Assembly (NCBI GenBank): GCA_038325465.1
Contig: JBBQJA010000001.1
Coordinates: 148,499-212,498 of the forward strand
Direction: 5' to 3'
Length of the DNA: 64,000 bases
Origin: Hyphomicrobiales bacterium
GTDB taxonomy: Bacteria; Pseudomonadota; Alphaproteobacteria; Rhizobiales; Rhizobiaceae
Position 1 is the first letter of the stretch; each line of letters starts with the position of its first letter. Shown here piece after piece: positions 38,697 to 47,612 of the stretch. Below the pieces are notes generated by a model, which was given only the letters and a program-made list of their open reading frames with translations, did no database searches and was not told the DNA's origin. The position numbers and the translations under genes are program-made.

Positions 38697-39416
38697 TCAG
38701 GGAGCAATCAGCCTCAGTATGATTGCCTTGGATGTGGCCTGGGAGAGATTGACGCAATCGAGTTTGAAACGGGTTGACTTGAGATAACCAAGTACCGTGT
38801 GGTTCGAAAGTCCGAGGATGATGGCGATTTCCTTGTGATCCTTGCCACGCGCCGTCCAGGTCAGACATTCCAATTCCCGGGGGCTGAGCGGCAAATGGTC
38901 GGGCTCGAGCCCGTAAAGTTCGCGCATGGCTATTTTGTGGATGACATAGGCCAGTTCAGCCCAATCGACCGCATGGCTGCGTATCAACAACCGCCAGCTT
39001 TCGCCGGTCAAGTCCGAATTGATGCTGAACAGCGCCCGGCGATTGCGCTTGTCCACGACCGGGATGGAATAGCCGCTTGCGCCCAGCCCGTGACAACGTG
39101 CGTCCAGGAACAGCGGCACCGCCTCCGGCTTCAATTCGAGCTCCGACCAGTCGAACGGGAGGGAGCGAATTGTCCCCTCAAGAATTACCGGGTCCAGCTT
39201 GACGTAGTTGCGCTGCAGATACCGCGACACCCACGCCGACGGATAGGTCGTGCGCACAAAAGGAGAATCCAGTCTGTCCATGACAGTCTGGGCCAGATGG
39301 TAAGTGGTATGGGCAACACCATAGTGAGATCGAAAGGCATGAATAGCGTCTTCGACGGTCGGCAGCAGCGAAATCCGCTCATGGATATCTGCAAACGTGT
39401 GACCCCGTTCGTCCAC
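38697..39416 (-). CDS. LuxR-family AHL-responsive transcriptional regulator
   Basis: GTG 39416 lies 7 nt after AGGGGG and gives 239 aa, the usual size. An autoinducer-binding N-domain is followed by the C-terminal HTH LSPRELECLTWTARGKDHKEIAIILGLSNHTVLGYL. The 324-aa ORF-track version adds implausible sequence. Confidence 0.85.
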   Translation of the reverse strand: MDERGHTFADIHERISLLPTVEDAIHAFRSHYGVAHTTYHLAQTVMDRLDSPFVRTTYPSAWVSRYLQRNYVKLDPVILEGTIRSLPFDWSELELKPEAVPLFLDARCHGLGASGYSIPVVDKRNRRALFSINSDLTGESWRLLIRSHAVDWAELAYVIHKIAMRELYGLEPDHLPLSPRELECLTWTARGKDHKEIAIILGLSNHTVLGYLKSTRFKLDCVNLSQATSKAIILRLIAP

Positions 39417-39796
39417 TACAAAACCCCCTATAAATTGTGTAAAATTGACTTTGAACTCAGAGACCGGCGCTTGGCAAGCATGAAGGAAATTTCTGTCACA
39501 ACTCGGGGGAATTTTGAGTGCGCCAGGCTGTGCTCCGCCCCGCATGGCGGCGGCGTTGACGCGACGCGGCGCTGGAAATACCAACATGGCCGGACGGCTG
39601 CAAAAGATCGGAGCGAAAGTGGATTGAATTTGATACTTGGGCCTCATTTTCCGGGACGTGTCCGAAGCCAAATCTCAAATTTGGAAAACCCACTCTAAGC
39701 TTGAACTCGCCCATGGTTTTTCTGTGCCCGACATTTGCTCAGAAGCATACGGCAACGGAACGCTCCTGTTGGATCGAAACCATAAGCCGCAGGACT

Positions 39797-39898
39797 TAGA
39801 GCAATTGCAGCGAAAGTGGCACCGCTTTCGCGTCCGGAATTGCGTTAAAACAAGAGGATAGAGCTATTCCGGCGATTCTGACAACGCCGGAATGGCTC
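39797..39898 (-). repeat. Family B element, copy B3 (inverted relative to B1/B2)
   Basis: TAGAGCAATTGCAGCGAAAGTGGCACCGCTTTCGCGTCCGGAATTGCG..GAGCTATTCCGGCG..CGCCGGAATGGCTC. It lies downstream of tRNA-Val on the same strand. Confidence 0.85.
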
Positions 39899-40123
39899 TA
39901 GGATAAATCCACTGGCACCATATCCGACGCGACTGTCGCCGACCACCGCAGATCATCGTCTGACAGGGCGGGAACGAGTGGAAAACACACCACCCCGATT
40001 TCCCCCGCAAATTCTGCGAATTTTCGCCAAGTCCCGCTTCTCGCTGCACAAAATCGCAATCTTGAACTACGGGGCTTCCCGGCAATTGGTGATATTTTTG
40101 TCAATGATTTCAATGATATTAGC

Positions 40124-40198
40124 TGGTGGGCGCGACAGGGATTGAACCTGTGACCCCTGCCGTGTGAAGGCAGTGCTCTCCCGCTGAGCTACGCGCCC
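40124..40198 (-). tRNA. tRNA-Val (anticodon CAC)
   Basis: The reverse complement folds as a cloverleaf: acceptor GGGCGCG/CGCGCCC, D arm GCTC..GAGC, anticodon stem CTGCC/GGCAG. The anticodon loop is TTCACAC and the T arm is ACAGG-TTCAATC-CCTGT. Discriminator A and an encoded CCA follow; total 75 nt. Confidence 0.95.
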
Positions 40199-40346
40199 GA
40201 GGCGACCACGATTGTTCGCAGACGTCCAGCGCTCGCCCTATAGGCTTTCGCGACGCCTTGCGTCAAGCGCCCATCGCCCGACCGGGTCGAATTTCCGGCC
40301 GGGTTTGCGGTGCGATCCCGAGGGAAGGCTTTGCCTGCGCCGGTGT

Positions 40347-41027
40347 TTAAGCTTTTGCAGCGATCAGCCGCTCGATCAGGGCTGCATCAAGCTCGTCGAA
40401 ATGGGCGATGACGACATCGGGATTGAAGGTCTCGACCGGCTTGTCGGTGTAGCCGAACGGGACGGCGATGGCCGGGACGCCCGCATTCTGAGCGGCCAGG
40501 ATGTCATTGACGCTGTCGCCCACCATCACTGCGTGCGCGCGCGAGCCGCCAGCCATGTCGATGGTGCGCAGCACATGGTCGCCGTGTGGCTTCTTGATAT
40601 CGAACGTATCGCCGCCGGTAATGGCGGTAAACCGGTGCGCCATGTCGAGCCCTTCGAGAAGCTTCACGGCCAGCGATTGGATCTTGTTGGTGCAGACGGC
40701 GAGCTTCATCCCAGCTGCGTCCAGCCGGTCAAGAGCGGCCATCAGCCCTGGAAACGGAACCGTCTCGCCCGGCATGCCGGCGCTGTAATGATCGACGAAC
40801 AGGGCCATCAGTGCATCAAGCCGTTCCTTGCTGACCGCATGCCCGCGCAAATCATGGGCGCGCTCAATCATCGCCTTTGCGCCCTGGCCGACGAGCCAGG
40901 TCATGTCTTCATAGTTCACCTTGGCGAGGCCATCGTCGGCCAACACGTGATTGAGGCTGTGCATGAGGTCCCGCGACGTGGCAAGCAGAGTTCCATCAAG
41001 GTCGAAGAGAACGGTGGGCGCGGTCAT
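40347..41027 (-). CDS. gph: HAD-family phosphoglycolate phosphatase
   Basis: The start [14 protein letters not shown] carries the HAD motif I. Motifs CTNK and [14 protein letters not shown] are present. 226 aa. The ORF-track N-terminal extension overlaps the rpiA promoter side. Confidence 0.75.
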   Translation of the reverse strand: MTAPTVLFDLDGTLLATSRDLMHSLNHVLADDGLAKVNYEDMTWLVGQGAKAMIERAHDLRGHAVSKERLDALMALFVDHYSAGMPGETVPFPGLMAALDRLDAAGMKLAVCTNKIQSLAVKLLEGLDMAHRFTAITGGDTFDIKKPHGDHVLRTIDMAGGSRAHAVMVGDSVNDILAAQNAGVPAIAVPFGYTDKPVETFNPDVVIAHFDELDAALIERLIAAKA

Positions 41028-41267
41028 CTCGGGGCATTCCTTGGGGTGGCGGGCGGTTGGGGAGGACGGCGGAAGGAGCAACGCGTGGTGGGAGGGTGTA
41101 GCGTCTGGCAACGAAATGGCGGAACTTTTCATAGCAATGACCGCAGAAACGGGCAATGGCGCTTGTGTGCGTCGCGTCAAAACACTGCTGGAAGCTTGAT
41201 CCGGGCTTTGCGCCGACAGTGCTGTCATGCTAACAGCGAGCCACGTCAATGGGAACGGCAGACAGGA

Positions 41268-41990
41268 ATGGACGCTCGACACCTCAAGATTGCTGCATCT
41301 CGGGCAGCACTCGATCATGTCGAAGATGGCATGCGGCTTGGCATCGGAACGGGATCGACCGCCGAGGAGTTCGTGCGGCTGCTCGCCGAAAGCGTTGCCG
41401 ATGGCTTGCGTGTTCAGGGCGTGCCGACCTCCGAGCGGACAGCGCGTCTCTGCCTGGAACTCGGCGTTCCCCTGTTTTCGCTTGATGACCTTCCCGAACT
41501 CGATCTGACTGTGGATGGTGCAGACGAAGTCGATGCGTCGCTTGGCCTGATCAAAGGCGGCGGCGGGGCGCTGTTACGCGAAAAGATCGTGGCCGCCGCC
41601 TCCGCACGCATGATCGTCATCGCTGACGAAAGCAAATTCGTCGATATGCTGGGCGGTTTTCCACTTCCGATCGAGGTGGTGCGCTTCGGACTCGCCTCGA
41701 CCCGGATTGCGCTCGAGCGGCTGGCCTCGCGGCTGTCGCTGTCGGGCGAGATCGTGCAGCGGTCCAGCAAGGACGGGCCCTATGTGACCGATTGTGGCAA
41801 CTACATTCTGGATGCATCTTTTGGCCGCATTCCCGATGCAAAAGCCCTCGCAACGGGACTGGCCGGGATGCCTGGCGTCGTCGAACACGGTTTGTTTCTT
41901 TCCATGGCGGATGTTGCCATCATCGCCTCGCCGGCTGGTGTCCGACAGATCTCCGCGCCCCGAATTGAACAGGAGTTATCTTCTACATGA
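41268..41990 (+). CDS. rpiA: Ribose-5-phosphate isomerase A
   Basis: The product from ATG 41268 carries [15 protein letters not shown] and [11 protein letters not shown] motifs. 240 aa. The 592-aa ORF-track version is an antisense artefact over gph. Confidence 0.9.
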   Translation: MDARHLKIAASRAALDHVEDGMRLGIGTGSTAEEFVRLLAESVADGLRVQGVPTSERTARLCLELGVPLFSLDDLPELDLTVDGADEVDASLGLIKGGGGALLREKIVAAASARMIVIADESKFVDMLGGFPLPIEVVRFGLASTRIALERLASRLSLSGEIVQRSSKDGPYVTDCGNYILDASFGRIPDAKALATGLAGMPGVVEHGLFLSMADVAIIASPAGVRQISAPRIEQELSST

Positions 41991-42529
41991 CACAGTTTAC
42001 CGCTTTCAAGCGTTTCGGCGCCGGCGTGATCCTGGCATCAAGCATCGCTTTCGCCATGCCAGCCTTCGCCCAGGAACCTTCTGCTGAGCACGTAGCGGCA
42101 GCGCGGGCGGCCATTGCCGCCCTGCAGGCGACGGATGATTTCGACATCGTGTTGCCGCAGGCGGCAGAGAATCTCAAGGCGTCGCTCATCCAGTCGACGC
42201 CCGATCTTGAAGCTGAAATCAGCGCGATGGTGGACGAGAAAGTGTTTGAAATGGTGCCGCGTCGCGCCGATCTCGAACGCGAAGCGGCGCTTATCTACGC
42301 CAAGACGTTCACCCAGGAGCAGCTCACCGCGATCGCCAGTTTCTATGGTTCGGAGCCTGGGAAAGCGCTTATCGCCAATGGCGCGCTGGTCAGCCGCGAA
42401 CTGCTCAAGGCCGCCGATATCTGGTCGGTCGGCATTCAGCGCGACCTCGCCACCACGGTGGCCACCGCGCTTGACGCCAAGCTGGGCGACCGACCGCGCA
42501 TCGAACTCAACCCGGGGACGGCGCAGTAA
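41987..42529 (+). CDS. DUF2059 domain periplasmic protein
   Basis: The signal peptide ends AFAQE. The motif [21 protein letters not shown] is typical of DUF2059. The start overlaps the rpiA stop. Confidence 0.7.
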   Translation: MTQFTAFKRFGAGVILASSIAFAMPAFAQEPSAEHVAAARAAIAALQATDDFDIVLPQAAENLKASLIQSTPDLEAEISAMVDEKVFEMVPRRADLEREAALIYAKTFTQEQLTAIASFYGSEPGKALIANGALVSRELLKAADIWSVGIQRDLATTVATALDAKLGDRPRIELNPGTAQ

Positions 42530-42646
42530 ACCGATTGCCGCTCACGGCGAAATGAAAGCCCGGGAGCAACCCCGGGCTTTTATTTTGTCTGTCAACAGGT
42601 ACAACCACCCCCAAGTCGCCACCGCACAAGCTTGAAGGGACACGGC

Positions 42647-44035
42647 ATGACCGAATTTGATTACGACCTGTTCGTCATCGGCGGAGGCTCGGGCGGCGTT
42701 CGGGCAGGGCGGCTGGCGGCCGGCATGGGCAAGAAAGTGGCGATTGCCGAGGAATACAGGTTCGGCGGCACCTGCGTCATTCGCGGCTGCGTGCCCAAGA
42801 AGCTCCTTGTCTATGCCTCCCAGTTCCGAGAGCAGTTTGAGGACAGTGCGGGTTACGGCTTCACCTGTGGGGAGGCGACTTTCGACTGGCCGACGCTGGT
42901 GGCCAACAAGGACCGGGAAATCACCCGGCTGGAGGGTCTTTACCGCAAGGGCCTGGAAAATGCCGGCGCCGAGATCATCGAGAGCCGCGCGGTGCTCCTC
43001 GACCCGCATACGGTCCGGATCGAGAAAACCGGACAGACCGTGACCGCCGAGCGGGTTCTGATCGCCGTGGGTGGCTCCGCCAACCCGCATGCCGCGCTGC
43101 CGGGCCACGAACTCTGCATCACATCGAACGAAGCCTTCGATCTTGCGGAATTGCCGAAGGCCGTCGTGATCGCCGGAGGCGGCTACATCGCGGTGGAATT
43201 CGCCAACATCTTCCACGGGTTGGGCGTCGAGACCACGCTGATCTATCGTGGCAAGGAGATATTGTCGCGCTTTGACCGCGACATGCGCAAGGGATTGCAC
43301 CGGGCCATGGAGCAGAAGGGCATCCGCATCCTGTGCGGCGAGATCTTCGCGCGCATCGAGCGTGGCCCGGACGGTCGCCTCATTGCCCACACGTCGGAGG
43401 GCAAGGCGCTTGCCTGCGACCAGGTGATGCTGGCGCTCGGGCGGGACCCCAACACGCACGGACTTGGGCTTGAGGCGGCGGGGGTCGCGACCGGGCCGAA
43501 AGGCGAGATCCTCGTTGATGCCTTTTCGCGCACCAATGTCGACAGCATTTACGCCGTGGGCGATGTCACCGACCGGGTGCAACTGACACCGGTGGCCATC
43601 CATGAGGCGATGTGTTTTGTCGACACTGTCTATCGCGACCGGCCAACCTCGCCCGACCATGACATGATCGCCACCGCCGTGTTCTCCCAACCCGAGATCG
43701 GCACGGTGGGCCTGAGCGAGGACGCGGCGTCCAGACGCTTCGACGCACTCGAGATCTATCGGGCCGAGTTTCGGCCCATGAAGGCGACGCTCTCGGGGCG
43801 GGCCGAGAAGATGATCATGAAAATCGTCGTCAATGCCGAGAACCGGAACGTGTTGGGCGTGCATATCCTGGGCCACGAAGCGGGCGAGATGGCGCAGCTT
43901 CTGGGCATTGCGCTGAAGGCCGGCTGCACCAAGGATGATTTCGACCGCACCATGGCGGTGCATCCGACAGCGTCGGAGGAACTGGTGACGATGTATCAGC
44001 CAAGCTACCGCGTGAAAGCCGGAGAACGGGTGTGA
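42647..44035 (+). CDS. gor: Glutathione-disulfide reductase
   Basis: The start is MTEFDYDLFVIGGGSGGVRAGR, with the redox-active GGTCVIRGCVPKK. The C-terminal HPTASEE motif of the dimerisation domain is present. 462 aa. Confidence 0.9.
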   Translation: MTEFDYDLFVIGGGSGGVRAGRLAAGMGKKVAIAEEYRFGGTCVIRGCVPKKLLVYASQFREQFEDSAGYGFTCGEATFDWPTLVANKDREITRLEGLYRKGLENAGAEIIESRAVLLDPHTVRIEKTGQTVTAERVLIAVGGSANPHAALPGHELCITSNEAFDLAELPKAVVIAGGGYIAVEFANIFHGLGVETTLIYRGKEILSRFDRDMRKGLHRAMEQKGIRILCGEIFARIERGPDGRLIAHTSEGKALACDQVMLALGRDPNTHGLGLEAAGVATGPKGEILVDAFSRTNVDSIYAVGDVTDRVQLTPVAIHEAMCFVDTVYRDRPTSPDHDMIATAVFSQPEIGTVGLSEDAASRRFDALEIYRAEFRPMKATLSGRAEKMIMKIVVNAENRNVLGVHILGHEAGEMAQLLGIALKAGCTKDDFDRTMAVHPTASEELVTMYQPSYRVKAGERV

Positions 44036-44088
44036 GATGCAGTCGCAAGTCTCCTTACTGAGGTCTTGAACAAGAGCCGGCGCAATCC

Positions 44089-44133
44089 TTTAGAGCAATT
44101 GAAGCGAAAGTGGCACCGCTTTCGCGTCCGGAA
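44089..44133 (-). repeat. Family B element, partial copy B4
   Basis: TTAGAGCAATTGAAGCGAAAGTGGCACCGCTTTCGCGTCCGGAAC. Only the GCGAAAG/CTTTCGC hairpin half is present. Confidence 0.7.
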
Positions 44134-44182
44134 CCGCCCTAACGCGCGGCACAAGATGTCGGGCAAGTTCAACCGGAAGCGA

Positions 44183-44830
44183 TCAAGCTTTGAGGATTGT
44201 ATCGGTCGTGATGCCGCGCCGTGCAAAGATATTGCGGGTGTCGATGATCAATGTGCCCCATTCGGCCAGCGCCGCATAGTCGAGATCATCATGGTCGGTG
44301 GCCACGAGTATGGCGTCGTAGGCGCGGACAGTGGCTTCGCTCCTGGCCACCGACAGGCGGCCGCAAAAGGCACCATATTCGCGGGTCGGCGGGATTTCCG
44401 GCACGTGCGGATCGTAGTAACTCGCTGAGCCGCCGCGCTCCTCGATGAGCGCGATCAGTTTCAGCGAGGGGCTCTCGCGGATATCTGGCACGTTCTTCTT
44501 GCAGGCAAGGCCGACCACCAGCACCTTGGCGCGGCTCAGGGCCTTTCTGCACCGCCGGTCAAGCGCTTCAGCGAGCTTGCCCACCACATGGCGCGGCATG
44601 GCCGAGTTGATCTCCCCGGCAAGTTCGATGAACCGCGTCGGCAGCTCGTGCGCGCGCGACGCCCAGGCGAGGTAGAAGGGATCGATCGGCATGCAATGGC
44701 CGCCGAGGCCGGGGCCGGGGTAGAAAGGCGGGTGCGGGCGAAAGAACCCCAGATGGAGGGCAAACTGCCGGTGCCGCTCCTGGGAGATGAAATCAAGCGC
44801 TTTGGCGGCGAGCCAGGCCGAATCCGTCAA
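44183..44830 (-). pseudogene. 5'-truncated nucleotide-sugar (UDP-glucose/GDP-mannose family) dehydrogenase
   Basis: Only the central catalytic-Cys motif PGPGLGGHCMPIDPFYL and the C-terminal UDP-binding domain (KVLVVGLACKKNVPDIRESP) remain. The N-terminal Rossmann domain is absent. Confidence 0.7.
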
Positions 44831-44922
44831 GTCGGCGGGAATCGGGTAGGGTCGGTCGAGCGCATTTTTGTCTTCTCCGGCAGAAGATTGGCGGGCGATC
44901 CGAAATCGCGCTGGCCTGTGAA

Positions 44923-45492
44923 GTGCTGCACTTCCGTATCGGTTCCGATGCCGTCACGCCTTGGGCGGGTTCACCACCCCTGCGGCGTTCGCAGCTTTCG
45001 GCACAACTGCTGGCCGAGGTGGAAACGGCAATCCGCAACGTGTGCCACGATTCGCCCTTCGGCAGTCAAATTGGGCCCGTGCCCGAAGACGCGGCGGATG
45101 ATATGGACGCCTTGCGGCGCTCCGTCACCGGAAGGCGAGGCTCGACAATCGTGATCGAGGGCGTGGCGCAGACTGTCGGCGCGGGGATTCACCTGCAACT
45201 TGGCAAGGGGCCGGATCAGCTTTCGCCCGATCTGGTGCGGACCTTGGCCGACAAGTTCCTGACCAAAGCCAAGGGCGCGATCTATTCGGCCTTCGGCGTT
45301 TTGCCCGGCCTGCAAAACCCGGCTACAACCGGGCCAATGGTGCGCGAGCCGCAGCGGCATCTTGCGCAACTCATCTTGCAGCCCAATGCCGGGCAGTTGG
45401 CCCAGGACGCCTCGGAAAAGCTCGGCGGGCCGGTCCAGATCGACGTTGTGGGTCCGATGCAGGCGGCAAGGCGCGGGCGCCGACGACAATGA
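44923..45492 (+). pseudogene. Phage portal-like protein fragment (C-terminal part)
   Basis: The segment ..KGAIYSAFGVLPGLQNPATTGPMVREPQRHLAQLILQPNAGQLAQDASEKLG.. resembles the conserved C-terminal portal block (afGvPp.L....t..rE..r.f....l.P....l..E...kL). No neighbouring phage genes are present. Confidence 0.35.
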
Positions 45493-45609
45493 TGGCGGCT
45501 TTGGCCCGGCCAAGGAAGCCGGAATCGGGGGCGCGCCCTGCAAGACGCGTTTGCCTTCATAGATTGGGCAGATGAACGAGGATGACGGCAAATGTCCCGT
45601 TCTACGAAC

Positions 45610-46026
45610 CTAATTCGCAACCTTGGGAGGCCAAGAAAGCGACAACTTAACTCCGAAGTGGCCTTCGTTTCCCCCACCGTCATTCCACCCACCGACAATT
45701 CGGGCACCACAAATTGCACTGTCTGCACCGGCTTCCTTCAAAAAGGCCCCGAACGTCGGGGCATCATTCCTGCGGAGATACCCCACCTTCTTGTTTCGGA
45801 TGAATACAGCGACTGCGTTAGGATCGTGGGGGTTCGAGGGCTCCGGGCACAGTGTAGCCTGCTCATCAATCTTGACGCCATGTTCGCTCTTCCTGCCGCC
45901 CGCAAGCCTAAGAAGATCGGCCTGGTAACTGGCTTCGCCCGCTATCTCAAAGGTATTGCCCCTGCCCTTCTTGCAACGGACCTCATTCTTGATCTTCGAT
46001 TTTCCAAACAATCCGAATAGAGCCAT
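45610..46026 (-). CDS. HIRAN domain-containing protein (stand-alone, 138 aa)
   Basis: The pattern GEASYQADL..ATLCPEPSNPHDPNAVAVFIRNKKVGYLRRNDA..ARIVGGW matches the HIRAN fold signature. G+C is visibly lower than in the surrounding genes. Confidence 0.7.
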   Translation of the reverse strand: MALFGLFGKSKIKNEVRCKKGRGNTFEIAGEASYQADLLRLAGGRKSEHGVKIDEQATLCPEPSNPHDPNAVAVFIRNKKVGYLRRNDAPTFGAFLKEAGADSAICGARIVGGWNDGGGNEGHFGVKLSLSWPPKVAN

Positions 46027-46139
46027 AAAGTTGTCCCCCCAAAAAATGCACCCAGCCTAGCCATACATAGTGCATCAGGCACGCGGCGTCACCTTTTGGT
46101 GCGGAATGAAAAGTCGGTTCATCTTGTGCGCCGGGGCGC

Positions 46140-46177
46140 GTTCCCCCACCTTCGATCTGTTCCCCCCGTGTTCCCCC
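46140..46177. repeat. Three direct GTTCCCCC repeats
   Basis: GTTCCCCC occurs at 46140, 46159 and 46170. The repeats lie between the HIRAN start and the tRNA 3' fragment. Confidence 0.6.
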
Positions 46178-46243
46178 AAAGCGGAAAGAGAAGAGGCCCC
46201 TTGCGGAGACTTGATCCTAAATCTCTGTATTTTCGGAGATTTT

Positions 46244-46268
46244 TGGCTCCGGCGGGAGGGATCGAACC
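46244..46268 (-). other. Orphan tRNA 3'-terminal fragment (T-loop, acceptor 3' strand, CCA)
   Basis: The reverse complement reads AGGTTCGATCCCTCC-CGCCGGA-G-CCA. That is half a T stem, a TTCGATC loop, a 7-nt acceptor strand, discriminator G and CCA. No D or anticodon arms lie upstream; element D2 starts there. Confidence 0.6.
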
Positions 46269-46389
46269 TAGTGGTCTGACCGAAACAGATGGTTCCCATC
46301 TGTTTCAAAAAGTCAGCCCACAAGCAATTGATCTGGTGGGGCGATTTGTCCTGACAGATGGGAACTATCTGTCAGGATCGCACCACTAG
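46268..46389. mobile_element. Family D MITE-like element, copy D2 (inverted relative to D1)
   Basis: Termini are CTAGTGGT..ACCACTAG. Its hairpins are the same as in D1. It abuts the tRNA fragment. Confidence 0.7.
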
Positions 46390-46450
46390 GACTGATTGAG
46401 CGACAGGAAACTTGTGGAGTGACCGTGATGGCGCGCGACGCCCAGGCGAG

Positions 46451-46630
46451 GCGCCGTGTGAGATCGGGATGATTGGGCCCCTCGACCTTGATGGCGCGGG
46501 CACCGAGTTCTGCAAGACGCCGGGTGGCGAGGAGGCCGGCCAAAGCCGTCGTGCAATCAAGAACCGTCACGCCGCTGGGCGAGTGCGTGCCGTGCAAGGT
46601 CCACGGATGCGTCGCTTGAACCATCGTCAT
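46451..46630 (-). pseudogene. N-terminal fragment of a family III CoA-transferase (CaiB/BaiF-like)
   Basis: GVTVLDCTTALAGLLATRRLAELGARAIKVEGPNHPDLTRR matches the family's N-terminal motif. The frame then degenerates, and only about 60 codons remain. Confidence 0.5.
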
Positions 46631-46781
46631 AGACGATCACCTGACGCGGCAGCAGTGTCTGCGCAGCGATGCTGTCGATGGCAGCCGGCAGAAAGCTGCC
46701 GTAATTGAAATTGGGCACAATCACACAGACACCCGGCAGGTCGCTCAAAGTTTGATCCACTGTTTCTGCGGCCCCGATCAT
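46557..46781 (-). pseudogene. N-terminal fragment of a family 2 glycosyltransferase
   Basis: VCVIVPNFNYGSFLPAAIDSIAAQTLLPRQVIVYDDGSSDAS is the GT2 N-terminal block. The ORF stops after 74 codons. Confidence 0.5.
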
Positions 46782-47282
46782 TGTGCAGGCTCGGCGGCGC
46801 GAGTAGCTACAGTTATGCCAAATGCATCCAGGCGCCTTGCAATCTCAGGGTGGAAATCGGCGGGAATATCCTCGATGCGGCTGTATTTGCCCGCAAGTTC
46901 GCGGTGCAGCAGGAGGGTATAGGCGGCTCCCTTCTTGGCCATCGCATGGGCAAACACCGGTTGGCCCGCGTCCAGCAAGGGCTCGGATATCGGCGACTAT
47001 GGCGTCGATCTGGGCCTTCAACGATGCAACGTCCGTTCGCGGATCAATCAGCGCGTCAACGGAGAGCTTGGCCGCCAGGAGGTCGGTGCCTGGGTCAAAC
47101 AGCGCCTCAGCCGCCACATCCCAGCGCAAAGCCTGCGACGAAGCCTGTGCGCCGGGCGCGGCGAAACCGAGCAAAGTCGCCCACAAACACCAGAGAATGC
47201 CATAAGGAACGAGGTATTTTCGCATCACGCCAGATCCGCCCACATGCAATCTGAAATATGCGCATCCGAAAATTGCCATCAA
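46778..47282 (-). pseudogene. Frameshifted remnant of a secreted protein
   Basis: The signal-peptide ORF (..ILWCLWATLLGFAAPGAQA..LSVDALIDPRTDVASLKAQIDAIVADIRALAG) loses coding character near 46975. A second short frame continues to 46778. Confidence 0.3.
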
Positions 47283-47612
47283 CTCTTTTAAGCTGCATCT
47301 TCAGAGACAATACATCCTCAGGTTACACCAACATCGCCAGCGGGCGAGATGCATGTCGGGTTTTGACGCGTCCCTTCATGCGCGTCCGCTGGCACTGCTT
47401 TATCATTGTGCGGCGCGGCAGACGGCGGATGAGACTTCGCTGCTGGACCGGGTTCAAGCGGCGCGCTTGCGTTGACCCCATCCTTTCTTGGTCCAGCAAT
47501 TGACAATACCGGGTTTTCACGCGACGCGAGACCCGCTATAAGCCGCCGCAAAACAAGGCTTGCGGCGCATGCTCAGGGTGTTTTTCGCGCTGTCCGACAG
47601 AGGTAACATGAC

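Noticed and set aside
40212-41267. The 592-aa ORF-track version of the rpiA frame
   Set aside because: The first ~350 codons run antisense through the gph gene and read as junk. RpiA similarity begins at ATG 41268, giving the normal 240 aa.
44923-46026. Intact prophage or complete defence island around the portal-like and HIRAN genes
   Set aside because: No terminase, capsid, tail, integrase or repressor genes are present. The portal-like frame is a partial C-terminal piece. HIRAN has no visible partner genes.
46244-46268. A functional tRNA gene
   Set aside because: Only the T-loop, the 3' acceptor strand and CCA are present. No D arm or anticodon arm can be built from the adjacent sequence, which is the family D element.
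47283-47612. Riboswitch or attenuator in the 330-nt leader of the DAHP synthase gene (hairpin CGCCGCAA-N8-TTGCGGCG near 47545-47570)
   Set aside because: The hairpin is not followed directly by a U-tract. I recognise no known riboswitch consensus or leader peptide rich in aromatic codons. Evidence is insufficient.
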